In this document: positions 40,927 through 49,315 of the stretch, one piece after another
How the letters are laid out: every line of letters begins with the position of its first letter
Position numbering within the stretch: position 1 is the stretch's first letter
DNA from: a virus
Lineage: Duplodnaviria; Caudoviricetes
Strand: one strand, 5' to 3'
IMG/VR virus record: IMGVR_UViG_3300049175_000049
Span: 1-50,043 of that record
Length of the DNA stretch: 50,043 bases
Position numbers and translations under genes: made by a program
The notes under the pieces: generated by a model
What the model saw: only the letters and a program-made list of their open reading frames with translations
The model's database searches: none
What the model was told of the DNA's origin: nothing

Positions 40927-41159
40927 TACTCAATCCTCATGGGCGTTCTGCTCATTGCAGAAAAAGGTTCAGGACGGTTATACCCTTTAGCTAACATCGT
41001 TGCTTCATGGCCAAAATAACGCATGGCACGGTCACGCATGTTATCTTTCCCTGGTCTTCCAGCTTTAAACGGAACATCTTCAACATTAGGAGCCATCCGA
41101 TTCATACGGTTGTAATAAGCCTCTAATTTGTTGTCACTCTCTCTTGCGCTTTCACTCAT
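40926..41159 (-). CDS. hypothetical protein
   Basis: 77 aa ORF coupled to portal. Confidence 0.55.
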   Translation of the reverse strand: MSESARESDNKLEAYYNRMNRMAPNVEDVPFKAGRPGKDNMRDRAMRYFGHEATMLAKGYNRPEPFSAMSRTPMRIE

Positions 41160-43602
41160 TTATTTCTCCCTCTAGTGGCACAAAATTTTCTTTATTTAGC
41201 TTCATCTGATTTACCAACAACTCTAATTGGTTTTTCTCTTCAGCCATTTGCATATTGGCTTCTATTTTCATTTTCTCAGTATCAAATTTTTGTTGAGATT
41301 TAAACGCTTCTGTTTCAGCTTTCAAATGAGCTTCCTTATCTTTTAGTATAGCAGCTTCTTGTTTTTGCGCAATATCGGCCATAATCAATTCGTTAGGATC
41401 CATTGGCGGCTGCGGCTGATTCTGTTGCTGCATCATCATTTGTTCTTGCAGCTTCTGTGCATCTTCCATCGCAACTTCATTCTGAATCTGCATATCTGCA
41501 AGGAATTGTTGTGGAGGAATCGTCTCCGGATTTGGAACCTGAATCTCCCCACTCATTTGCTTTTGTAAGAAAATCCGCATTGCTTTATGAACTTGAATAT
41601 GAATCATTAATTCAGCTTTTACATTGGGAGGAATCCCTGGATCATTTGCCATAACTTCATGGGATAATATATGAGAAGGATGATCTTGATAAAGAGAAGC
41701 TATAATCGGTATTCCTTTTAAAGCATTCATATTCTCTGTAACTGGGTCTAATGAAACAGGCTCAGGATTGGGAGGAAGGATTTTATTAATCTTTTCCTCT
41801 GGCATTCCATAAGCTTTATAAAGATTATAAAAAGCAGCTCTCAAATCATGCAGTTGAGGCATACTCAATGCCATCTGCAATTCCATTTGAGCCTGCATAA
41901 TTCTTTGCGTAGATGTAATTAATTGAGGATTAGAATTAGAAACAATCTTAATATCTTCAATAAAATCTTCTCTTGAAAGAACAAGGCTTTTTCCTGGCAG
42001 CTTAAATGAGAAATTATTCTCTGACAGACTATTCTTAAATAAGTTATAAATAAGCGTTAATTCATGACCTAAAGACACACGCAAAGATTTCAAAATCCTT
42101 GTTTGAACGCGATTTGCTTCTTCCATACGGGCAAGTGTTGTTCCAACAGGTACATTACTCTGCGTTTCTGGAAGTTGCATTTCAGTGGTTGAAATCAATC
42201 CTTGCGTTTGATTGATAAGATCATTCCTTAATTGAATAAGCCCTCCAGAAGGCTCATTATACGGCATAGGCATAACAACTTGCTGAATGGGTAACCCACC
42301 CGTTTCAATAGGTCTAAATTCAGATGGGCCTATTGCTTTATCATTATCATCAACACGCAACCCCTTCATAATTAATCCACCAGGAAAATTCTTGAGGGTA
42401 CCTGCATCAATTAATTGTCTTAAAACAGAGGTTAAAACAATTGAATTGGAACCAGCTAAATGCGTAAATCCAAGTCCATATAATCCCGGCCCTTTGATGA
42501 AATCATGCTGAACGAAATACTCTATTCTCTTAAAGAAAGGATCTCCTTCTTTCCAGTTTCTCCACAGACCTAATACTTTCTTTGTTTTCTGACAGATACT
42601 TACAATGTAAGGTTTTGGAAACTTATCTTTATTTTCTGTCTTTTCGTCTTCTTCTTCTACATCATCTAAATCAACATGTACTTCATAAACATAATATAAT
42701 GTATTATTTTCATAAGAAGAAAGATCAACACCATCAATTTGATTGATAACTTTTTTGAGAGCTTTATCTTCATCTTCAGGTTCTGTAACGCCCTCTAATT
42801 CTACATTCCTATAAAAGCCTGACAACTGACGAAGCTTTATCTCTCTTTGTGTCAACTTCTCCCGATGGGTAATCCGACTTGAACTTAAAAGACTGACGCA
42901 ATTATTGTTAATGATGATGTCATTAGGATCAATAAACCGAGCTAAAGGCCTTTTTGTAAGAGGATCACTATAAACTTTTCTGAAAGCTGATCCAAAAAGG
43001 CATAAATAGAACAAAAGCTGTTCAGAATCAGGATAATATTCCCGGTCTACCTCTGTTGCATAATAATTAAGCGTATCTTTTATCTCGATAGCCTTATTAT
43101 CCTTCATCTCATCTTTTTCGCCCAATGGTTCTACATTAAAAGGTCCATCTATTGGAAAAAGTTCAGAGAAAGCAACAGCACAAAAGCGTAAAACAGCACT
43201 GGAAAAGGTTGTATCAAAAGCCCGACATGCTGCCATAAAAGGAAGTTCTCGCATTTCTTCTAGTTTGAAACCGAGATATTTCATGGCTTTTTTAGCCGTT
43301 TGCTCCCATTCAGAACGACTTTGAATATCTTCGTCAATTCCCTCTAAAATATCATAAGAAATAGCCGAAAGTTTGCTTTCATTAAGCGTTTCGGCAAGAT
43401 TTTCATAGAAATTAGGAGGAGGAGGTAATTCTTCCATCTCCATTGTTTCCTGCATTTCATACACAGTCGATCCATCTGGCAAATCCTCTAATTTAAGGAA
43501 TTCGTCTCCCAGATTTTCATCCAAAAATGAATTTACCTCCTCTGTTGTCGGAGGAGCAAATGGATCAATAGGTGGCTTTTTCCCCACCGGTGTAGAAATC
43601 AT
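41152..43602 (-). CDS. portal protein
   Basis: 816 aa; FYENLAE, SRSEWE, GSAFRKVY.DP, LIDAGTL.N.PGG, PVGTTLA; Gln/Pro-rich barrel-like C-terminus. Confidence 0.9.
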   Translation of the reverse strand: MISTPVGKKPPIDPFAPPTTEEVNSFLDENLGDEFLKLEDLPDGSTVYEMQETMEMEELPPPPNFYENLAETLNESKLSAISYDILEGIDEDIQSRSEWEQTAKKAMKYLGFKLEEMRELPFMAACRAFDTTFSSAVLRFCAVAFSELFPIDGPFNVEPLGEKDEMKDNKAIEIKDTLNYYATEVDREYYPDSEQLLFYLCLFGSAFRKVYSDPLTKRPLARFIDPNDIIINNNCVSLLSSSRITHREKLTQREIKLRQLSGFYRNVELEGVTEPEDEDKALKKVINQIDGVDLSSYENNTLYYVYEVHVDLDDVEEEDEKTENKDKFPKPYIVSICQKTKKVLGLWRNWKEGDPFFKRIEYFVQHDFIKGPGLYGLGFTHLAGSNSIVLTSVLRQLIDAGTLKNFPGGLIMKGLRVDDNDKAIGPSEFRPIETGGLPIQQVVMPMPYNEPSGGLIQLRNDLINQTQGLISTTEMQLPETQSNVPVGTTLARMEEANRVQTRILKSLRVSLGHELTLIYNLFKNSLSENNFSFKLPGKSLVLSREDFIEDIKIVSNSNPQLITSTQRIMQAQMELQMALSMPQLHDLRAAFYNLYKAYGMPEEKINKILPPNPEPVSLDPVTENMNALKGIPIIASLYQDHPSHILSHEVMANDPGIPPNVKAELMIHIQVHKAMRIFLQKQMSGEIQVPNPETIPPQQFLADMQIQNEVAMEDAQKLQEQMMMQQQNQPQPPMDPNELIMADIAQKQEAAILKDKEAHLKAETEAFKSQQKFDTEKMKIEANMQMAEEKNQLELLVNQMKLNKENFVPLEGEINE

Positions 43603-43619
43603 TATTTTCCCTGTTTTAT

Positions 43620-43736
43620 TGGGCCCAGATAAGAGAGTTTCACTCCTATTTCATTCCTGTTCACAGAATGTGTTTTAACAATTATGTCCGAAGGATCCCT
43701 TATACCGCGTCCATAATTTATTAAACTAATCCAGGC
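43620..43736 (-). ncRNA. tRNA-His-like element with ~40 nt D-loop insertion
   Basis: 8 bp acceptor GCCTGGAT/ATCTGGGC plus CCA; D stem GTTT/AAAC; CATTC/GAATG stem with an overlapping CTGTGAA; T arm AGGAG-TGAAACT-CTCTT. Confidence 0.55.
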
Positions 43737-43790
43737 ATATTTATTTAATTATAAATGATAATGAATATTATTAAATTTGTACAGTAGATT

Positions 43791-44483
43791 ATGAGAAAGA
43801 AGTATGATAAAGTGGCGCAAATTTCTACAAAAGGAAGAAAAATGCAGAAAGATTTTGAAAAGAAACTCAGAAAATACATCGAAGAACATCCAAAGAAAAC
43901 AATCGTTCAAATTGCGAAAGAGTTTAATGAAAACTATACTCTTATAGGACATGCAATTAAATTATTTAACATTCCTTATATTTCTAAAACAAGAAAATTA
44001 GATTTATCTTTAAATGATGTTATAGAATATATAAAGGCCACTCCTTTTGCTACTATTTCTACAATTGCTTCCCATTTTAAATGTGAACCTTCTTTTATTT
44101 CGATGCTTTTTAGTAGAAGTGGAATGAGTTTTAAGAAATATAAGGAGGAGATTCAAAAGAAATGTATCGAAAAGGGTGGATTGAGAATTATTCCTCCTCC
44201 TTGTGAAGTTGTTGTTCATTCTACTGTTACACCTGTATCTGAAGCAGTTAATGAAAACTTTGTCATATGTAATAAGTGTAATACTCCATTACGTAATCCA
44301 AAAAAGATTACTAAGTCAGAATACTATCAAGAAATTGGCAGAATGGGAGGAAAAGCTTCTACTGATAAGCTTACTCCTGAAGAAAGAAAAGCACGGGCTA
44401 AAAATGCATCTACTGCACGCGTAGAAAAACTTAAGAAAGAAAAAGTTAAAGATTATTTTAGTTTTATAAAAGGTTTAAAGTAA
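43791..44483 (+). CDS. putative DNA-binding regulator
   Basis: Two HTH-like segments (TIVQIAKEFN, TISTIASHFK), CNKC, and C-terminal EIGRMGGKAS...LTPEERK. Confidence 0.5.
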   Translation: MRKKYDKVAQISTKGRKMQKDFEKKLRKYIEEHPKKTIVQIAKEFNENYTLIGHAIKLFNIPYISKTRKLDLSLNDVIEYIKATPFATISTIASHFKCEPSFISMLFSRSGMSFKKYKEEIQKKCIEKGGLRIIPPPCEVVVHSTVTPVSEAVNENFVICNKCNTPLRNPKKITKSEYYQEIGRMGGKASTDKLTPEERKARAKNASTARVEKLKKEKVKDYFSFIKGLK

Positions 44484-44497
44484 GAAAGGGAATAATA

Positions 44498-44761
44498 ATG
44501 AATTTAGATAATTTCAAAGGGAAAAAGTATGATGCAAAAGATATTGAAAAATATCTAGCAGAAAATAATATATCTAAAGAAGAGGCATATAAATATTTTT
44601 TCTTAACTCATTTTGATATTATAAAAGAAATATTTAATAATGAAGAAAACTTAAATAAATATATAGAAGAAAATAATTTAAAATATTTAGGGACAGAAAC
44701 AAAAATGTGGAAAGTAAGAAATCTTGAATGGGGATATAAAGAATCAGTAAACTGGTATTAA
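44498..44761 (+). CDS. hypothetical protein
   Basis: 87 aa; AAAGGG RBS. Confidence 0.6.
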   Translation: MNLDNFKGKKYDAKDIEKYLAENNISKEEAYKYFFLTHFDIIKEIFNNEENLNKYIEENNLKYLGTETKMWKVRNLEWGYKESVNWY

Positions 44762-44775
44762 ATATAAATAAATAT

Positions 44776-44851
44776 TCCTCGATAGCTCAGTAGGTAGAGC
44801 AAATGGCTGTTAACCATTAGGTCGTTGGTTCGAATCCAACTCGGGGAGCCA
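44776..44851 (+). tRNA. tRNA-Asn(GTT)
   Basis: 76 nt cloverleaf; AATGG-CTGTTAA-CCATT; GGTTCGAATCC; encoded CCA. Confidence 0.95.
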
Positions 44852-45383
44852 TTTCTTCATCAGTAAGTTCATATTCTTCATCTCCTAGGAATAACTTTAC
44901 TTTTTCTTCTCCATTTTTAAAAAATTCTTCATAAGGATTTTTTATAAATTTACTCTCTTTCCAATAATGAGGAAATTTCTCTTTTAATTCTTCTTCTGTA
45001 AATTCCTTATAAAGAGGACGTTCTTGAGTGCGACATAATTTCATTTCTATTATTTTATCTATTCTTACACTCTCAGGGCCCGGAGCCATAAAACTATGAG
45101 TCGTAAATAATATAATATTTTTTCTTATTTCGTATAATTTTCTATCATAAAAAGTGTAAGGACTAAATGTTTTCCATTCTACATTTTCCCATTCATCACC
45201 TGTAATAATAGGTTTATCAATATTTCTAAAGTGATCAGACCAAGAAGTTACTTCTATATCAACTTTTTTTCCTATCATATGTTTGTGAGTTTCATAGAAC
45301 TCATTAAATTCTTTTTCTGTCGACAATTTCTTTTCCTTCTTCAAATGACCTACACACGTAATAAGGAACCTTATCAACATCAC
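44817..45383 (-). CDS. hypothetical protein (start uncertain)
   Basis: Long ORF whose last codons read the tRNA-Asn in antisense. Confidence 0.55.
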   Translation of the reverse strand: MMLIRFLITCVGHLKKEKKLSTEKEFNEFYETHKHMIGKKVDIEVTSWSDHFRNIDKPIITGDEWENVEWKTFSPYTFYDRKLYEIRKNIILFTTHSFMAPGPESVRIDKIIEMKLCRTQERPLYKEFTEEELKEKFPHYWKESKFIKNPYEEFFKNGEEKVKLFLGDEEYELTDEEMAPRVGFEPTT

Positions 45384-45792
45384 ACCATTCTTGAAAGATC
45401 TTTTGTTCTTCTGAAAGCTTTCCTTTAGACGTTTTGAATTCGATAAAGAAACTATCCTCTTCTCCTACAAAGCAGAAATCAGGAACTCCTGGGTGTCTGC
45501 CCATCCATCCTTGTTTAAGACCATGGATAGGCTTATAAGAGCCAATCTGATTAGGAATATGAAACCATATATATCGAAAAGGGCGACGAACAATTACAAC
45601 CTCATTGATAGGACGACCATGAGTATGAATCTCTCTGAATTCAGAAATACCCCACGGAAGATTTTCTAAAGTTAATTGTCTAAGATAGTTTGCAAACTCA
45701 ATGCATATACGATCTTCTTCACCGATCTTTATTCTTCCTAATTTTGCTTTAGGAACAATAATTTGCAAAAGACGCGTCTTAAGATTTAACAT
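45304..45792 (-). CDS. VRR-NUC domain nuclease (resolvase-like)
   Basis: FHIPN, GVPDF, FIEFKTSKGKLSEEQ PD-(D/E)xK pattern. Confidence 0.85.
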   Translation of the reverse strand: MLNLKTRLLQIIVPKAKLGRIKIGEEDRICIEFANYLRQLTLENLPWGISEFREIHTHGRPINEVVIVRRPFRYIWFHIPNQIGSYKPIHGLKQGWMGRHPGVPDFCFVGEEDSFFIEFKTSKGKLSEEQKIFQEWCDVDKVPYYVCRSFEEGKEIVDRKRI

Positions 45793-45879
45793 ATTTTCTT
45801 CTAACCTATTGATATTAAATATTTATTATGAATGTTAACGTTTATTATATTTAACATATTGAAAAATACATATTTAACA

Positions 45880-46463
45880 TTGACAACTTTTTTGCCTTAT
45901 CTTAAAAGAATCATAAGGAAATTGAAAGGAAGTTTTTCTGAGTCAACTGGGCTTCCTTTAGTTTCTGAAGAATACTCTTCATAAGGGAGTAGTCTACCAC
46001 CAAGAAGAGACAGTTAGTGCTTTTTCTGTCTCTTCTTTTTTTATCCTCATATATTTTTTTATATCCGATTGATTTAATTAATTTAAAATTAGTTGAAAAT
46101 TAAACTGAGCAATGATAGCTTCTCTTTGACGTGATAAGAAATAGTCTTTTAAAGGACGGAGAATAACAGCGTCTTCTTAGAAGTTCTATCTTTTATCTTT
46201 GTCTCCTATTCCGGGGAAGATAGAAAAAATGTATACCCTATTGGTTTCTATCTTCTTCGGTTTTTATATTAGATGATTCTTTCTGTTCCCTATTGATTTC
46301 ATGATTGACTTTTATACGTGGTAGTATATTGTTCGGTAAGCTTATATTTCCAGTGTAAGCTTATTTAAGGTCATCTATTGTTTCTTCCTCCTAGAAACAA
46401 TAGCTTGATATTCTCCCTGACAAACTTAATCCTCCTCTTACAAAATAAGAGGAGGATCTTTTT
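45880..46463 (+). ncRNA. candidate cluster of up to three small RNAs
   Basis: No ORF of 60 aa or more; many hairpins; three hairpin plus T-tract ends near 46042, 46265 and 46463; promoter-like TTGAAA-17-TAGCTT at 46093-46121. Confidence 0.4.
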
Positions 46464-46501
46464 AACTAAAATGGTAATTTTGTATAAGTGTACTGATACT
46501 A

Positions 46502-46951
46502 TTAGTTATGATTAGGAAGGTTTCTCACACAGATCTTCCTAATTGTTTTACCGACGATAGAACCACCTGCATATCCTGCTACACTTCCAATAATAACAGG
46601 CAGAGATTCTCTCATAATAAAAGCTGCATTATCGATATCTATATGAGAGCTTAAGATTCCAAATCCTATTGCTCCTCCTACTAATGTAGCAGCCGCTGTG
46701 GTTCCATTTTCAAGAAGTGATCCCCACAAATAATTCTTGCACAATTCTACACGAGAAGGAGGTCTTATCTCTCTTTGAAGAGTTCCTTCATCTCCTTTCT
46801 CATCAATATCCAAAGCAACAATAGGAGCCTTTAAAGAAGCATTCGTATATTTTGAATTGCTCTCATCCTCATGCATGCTATAGCATTTTGATAAGGTGCT
46901 GAAATTTAACATTATTCCTATAATTAATAATCTTATAAAACTTTTAGTCAT
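46502..46951 (-). CDS. membrane or secreted hypothetical protein
   Basis: Signal-peptide-like N-terminus and two Gly-rich hydrophobic helices. Confidence 0.6.
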   Translation of the reverse strand: MTKSFIRLLIIGIMLNFSTLSKCYSMHEDESNSKYTNASLKAPIVALDIDEKGDEGTLQREIRPPSRVELCKNYLWGSLLENGTTAAATLVGGAIGFGILSSHIDIDNAAFIMRESLPVIIGSVAGYAGGSIVGKTIRKICVRNLPNHN

Positions 46952-47072
46952 ATTTTTATACTCCTTTATATATCACCGAAAAATTTCGGATGATAATATC
47001 CCTATAATATCTTTTTGATAAAAGCAAGATAATTTTTAATAAAGTTATAAGTATAAGGAAAACAAACGAAAA

Positions 47073-47095
47073 GAGCTCCTTTTTTAAGGGAGCTC
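47073..47095 (-). terminator. intrinsic terminator after the lysis genes
   Basis: GAGCTCC...GGAGCTC stem followed by TTTT on the minus strand. Confidence 0.55.
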
Positions 47096-47180
47096 CACGG
47101 AGGTAAATATGATAAATATTATCCCTAAAGGTATACACAAACCTTTAAATGAAGTGGGATAATTTTATTGTATGTGATAT

Positions 47181-47378
47181 TCAATCCTTGTCAATTATCA
47201 TTTTATTTATTTCTCTTTTCAGATGCTTTTTTTTAAATTTCTTATCTTGCTTTTCAGATTCTCTTATTTCGGTAATTTCCCATGCGTGAGGATAAGTTAA
47301 TGCACCGCGTTGTTTTCTCCATCTTCTAAATTCTGTACAGAACTTATTAGGTCTTTTTCTAACGACTACTCCTCCCAT
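47181..47378 (-). CDS. small basic hypothetical protein
   Basis: Start abuts the endolysin stop. Confidence 0.5.
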   Translation of the reverse strand: MGGVVVRKRPNKFCTEFRRWRKQRGALTYPHAWEITEIRESEKQDKKFKKKHLKREINKMIIDKD

Positions 47379-47996
47379 TTAATTCTCTGCTCGTTTAATC
47401 CATCCTTTTAAAAACTTCTCTTGGCGTCTATTTCTATCAGCTATATTTATATAATAATTAATAGATAATAACTTTAAATCTAGAAGAATATGTTTCTTTT
47501 CTTCTTCAGATAATGCATTGATATAATTAATTAACTGAAGACTTAATTTAGAAGAAGGGAAAGCATCTCTCTTTATCTTGCAGGCCTTCTCTAATAAGAG
47601 AGCAGCTTCAAAAGGTCCCATATTCACAGAGATATCTAATATCTTATCCGCCAAAGGTTGATAATCTATTTTTCCATATTCATACTTATCCCACCAAAAC
47701 TTCTTATAGATATCAACAGCATCTTCACGCGTAAGATTTCTAATATCTTGAGCTTTAACTTTACGGCCTTCTAATCCCTGGAGAAATCTTTGGGAAATAC
47801 CAAACTTCGTAATTCCTCCTTTATCATCTTTATCATCAGAAAGTCCTCCTTCTTCTTTAAGAACTTTATCAATCGCCTCTTCAAAAGAAGAATTATCTTT
47901 TTTATAGTGCTTGGCAATTTCAGGGATAAAAAGAAAAGTACAAAAGGAAATGGCTAAAACCATCACTCCTATTTTAATAATCTCAGGTCGGCCCAT
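47379..47996 (-). CDS. glycoside hydrolase family 108 endolysin with N-terminal membrane anchor
   Basis: EGGLSDDKDDKGGITKFGIS, AVDIYKKFWW, DISVNMG, KFLKGWIKR; GAGGA RBS before the ATG at 47996. Confidence 0.88.
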   Translation of the reverse strand: MGRPEIIKIGVMVLAISFCTFLFIPEIAKHYKKDNSSFEEAIDKVLKEEGGLSDDKDDKGGITKFGISQRFLQGLEGRKVKAQDIRNLTREDAVDIYKKFWWDKYEYGKIDYQPLADKILDISVNMGPFEAALLLEKACKIKRDAFPSSKLSLQLINYINALSEEEKKHILLDLKLLSINYYINIADRNRRQEKFLKGWIKRAEN

Positions 47997-49197
47997 AAAT
48001 TCCTCTTGGCTTATACGCATGCGCATCTTCATCCTCATAATCTCTTGGATTTGTAAGCCATCTTCCTCCCATCAATCTTAATAGCACTTGTGTCATCGTA
48101 TCTACAAGGTCTCGTGAACTAGATGCAGGGAAAAGAGCGCATTCCTCAATAAACTTACTGGCAAAAGGCTTAAGCTGATTAAAATGAGGTGCCATCGCCG
48201 GTACCCATATACGTCCTCCTTCAATTAATTGAGAAACGATATGTACTCGTGATTCTTTATCTCCATACTTATCGGGATTAAATCCTACACAGAGAATCCC
48301 TGCACGCTGGAAATCCTGAATAAGAGTAAATCCTGAGGCTTTTGATTCTACCAGTATCAGGGAAGGCTTATATTGAGAAAGAGCAACGAAGTTTTTATCT
48401 TTCCCATCATCACGATAATCTGTAGCGAGTCTTTGTGCAACTTTGCGCAATTCAGGATACTCAATATGATCACGCCACATTCCTAAAAGCATTAATTGAG
48501 GAACTTGATGTTCATTCTTAAACAATCCCCACGTCGTACATGCATGATAAGCGCTTTCCTTTTTACCGCTTAATGCCGTATCCCATGATTGAATAATCTC
48601 ACTAAAGCGAGGATACTTGGCTTCTTTCCACCATTGAAACCATTGCTTCTTAATAATTCCTCCCTCATCAGGAGAAGGTCTTTGTTGTAACTGACCCGCA
48701 ACATTTTGTTCTCCGCCACGTCTGCGTAGATCTTCTTTTAATTCCTCTACTTTTTTTCGATTGAATCTATCAGGATTTAAAAGTTCTCCTTCTTGTAGAC
48801 GAGGATCACTCCATATCTTTCCTTGGGTAGAAGGCATAATAATCGTAGAACATCGACGACTGTTTTCAAACTCCATTGGAAGAATGAGCTTTACCCAATT
48901 TCCTTTAGAATCATTATCAATAATCGCACCAGAAATATCTTCTTGATGAAATCTTTGTTGAACAACTAATGAAACAGAATCTTCATTGTTCTCACGTGTT
49001 GACCATCTTCCAAAGAACCAATCAAGATCAGCTTCTCTTTTTACTTTAGATGTAAAAATGGCAGCATCATTCGGATCGTCACAATTATGTACTAAAACGC
49101 CATTGGCAAAGTAATTATGATTATCTTTTATCTTTAAGTTAAATACTATCTTTTTATAAGGTAATTTCCTTATACTTTTTATCACTTTTGCTTGCAT
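47983..49197 (-). CDS. terL: split-intein C fragment (38 aa) fused to terminase large subunit C-terminal half
   Basis: VFNLKIKDNHNYFANGVLVHN|CDDP, then QQRFHQED, GQLQQRP, QSWDTA, VESKASG, FP....DLVDTMTQ. Confidence 0.92.
   Translation of the reverse strand: MQAKVIKSIRKLPYKKIVFNLKIKDNHNYFANGVLVHNCDDPNDAAIFTSKVKREADLDWFFGRWSTRENNEDSVSLVVQQRFHQEDISGAIIDNDSKGNWVKLILPMEFENSRRCSTIIMPSTQGKIWSDPRLQEGELLNPDRFNRKKVEELKEDLRRRGGEQNVAGQLQQRPSPDEGGIIKKQWFQWWKEAKYPRFSEIIQSWDTALSGKKESAYHACTTWGLFKNEHQVPQLMLLGMWRDHIEYPELRKVAQRLATDYRDDGKDKNFVALSQYKPSLILVESKASGFTLIQDFQRAGILCVGFNPDKYGDKESRVHIVSQLIEGGRIWVPAMAPHFNQLKPFASKFIEECALFPASSSRDLVDTMTQVLLRLMGGRWLTNPRDYEDEDAHAYKPRGIYGPT
49084..49197 (-). mobile_element. split intein C fragment (IntC)
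   Basis: Blocks F and G with terminal His-Asn and +1 Cys (TGT at 49083-49081); strongly basic. Confidence 0.9.
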
Positions 49198-49216
49198 AGA
49201 TATAATAGATAACAAA

Positions 49217-49249
49217 AAAAGTGCTCCTATGCAATATAGGAGCACTTTT
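49217..49249 (-). terminator. strong hairpin immediately upstream of the IntC-terminase gene
   Basis: AAAAGTGCTCCTAT...ATAGGAGCACTTTT perfect inverted repeat with a T7 run on the minus strand. Confidence 0.65.
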
Positions 49250-49315
49250 CGGGGGGGATAAAATTATCTCTTATATTTAATCGTCTATGTCTCCATCCAT
49301 CTTTGTCTCCTTTTA

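Noticed and set aside
16122-42511. Numerous plus-strand and nested ORFs of 60-160 aa over the structural genes
   Set aside because: Shadow frames of well-supported minus-strand genes, with no motifs
45304-45792. VRR-NUC gene as the homing endonuclease of the split intein
   Set aside because: It lies outside the interval between the halves and looks like a standard phage resolvase
46195-46207. 13 nt match (ATCTTTGTCTCCT) to 49299-49311 as a specific antisense target
   Set aside because: The target precedes only a 7-codon ORF, and matches of this length are expected by chance
47997-48038. Upstream MRMKMRMR start of the endolysin
   Set aside because: Off-frame reading of the terminase 3' end; the RBS supports 47996
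49198-49245. 16 aa hydrophobic N-terminal extension on IntC-terminase in the ORF track
   Set aside because: The GTG start lies inside a strong hairpin; the ATG at 49197 gives a typical IntC length
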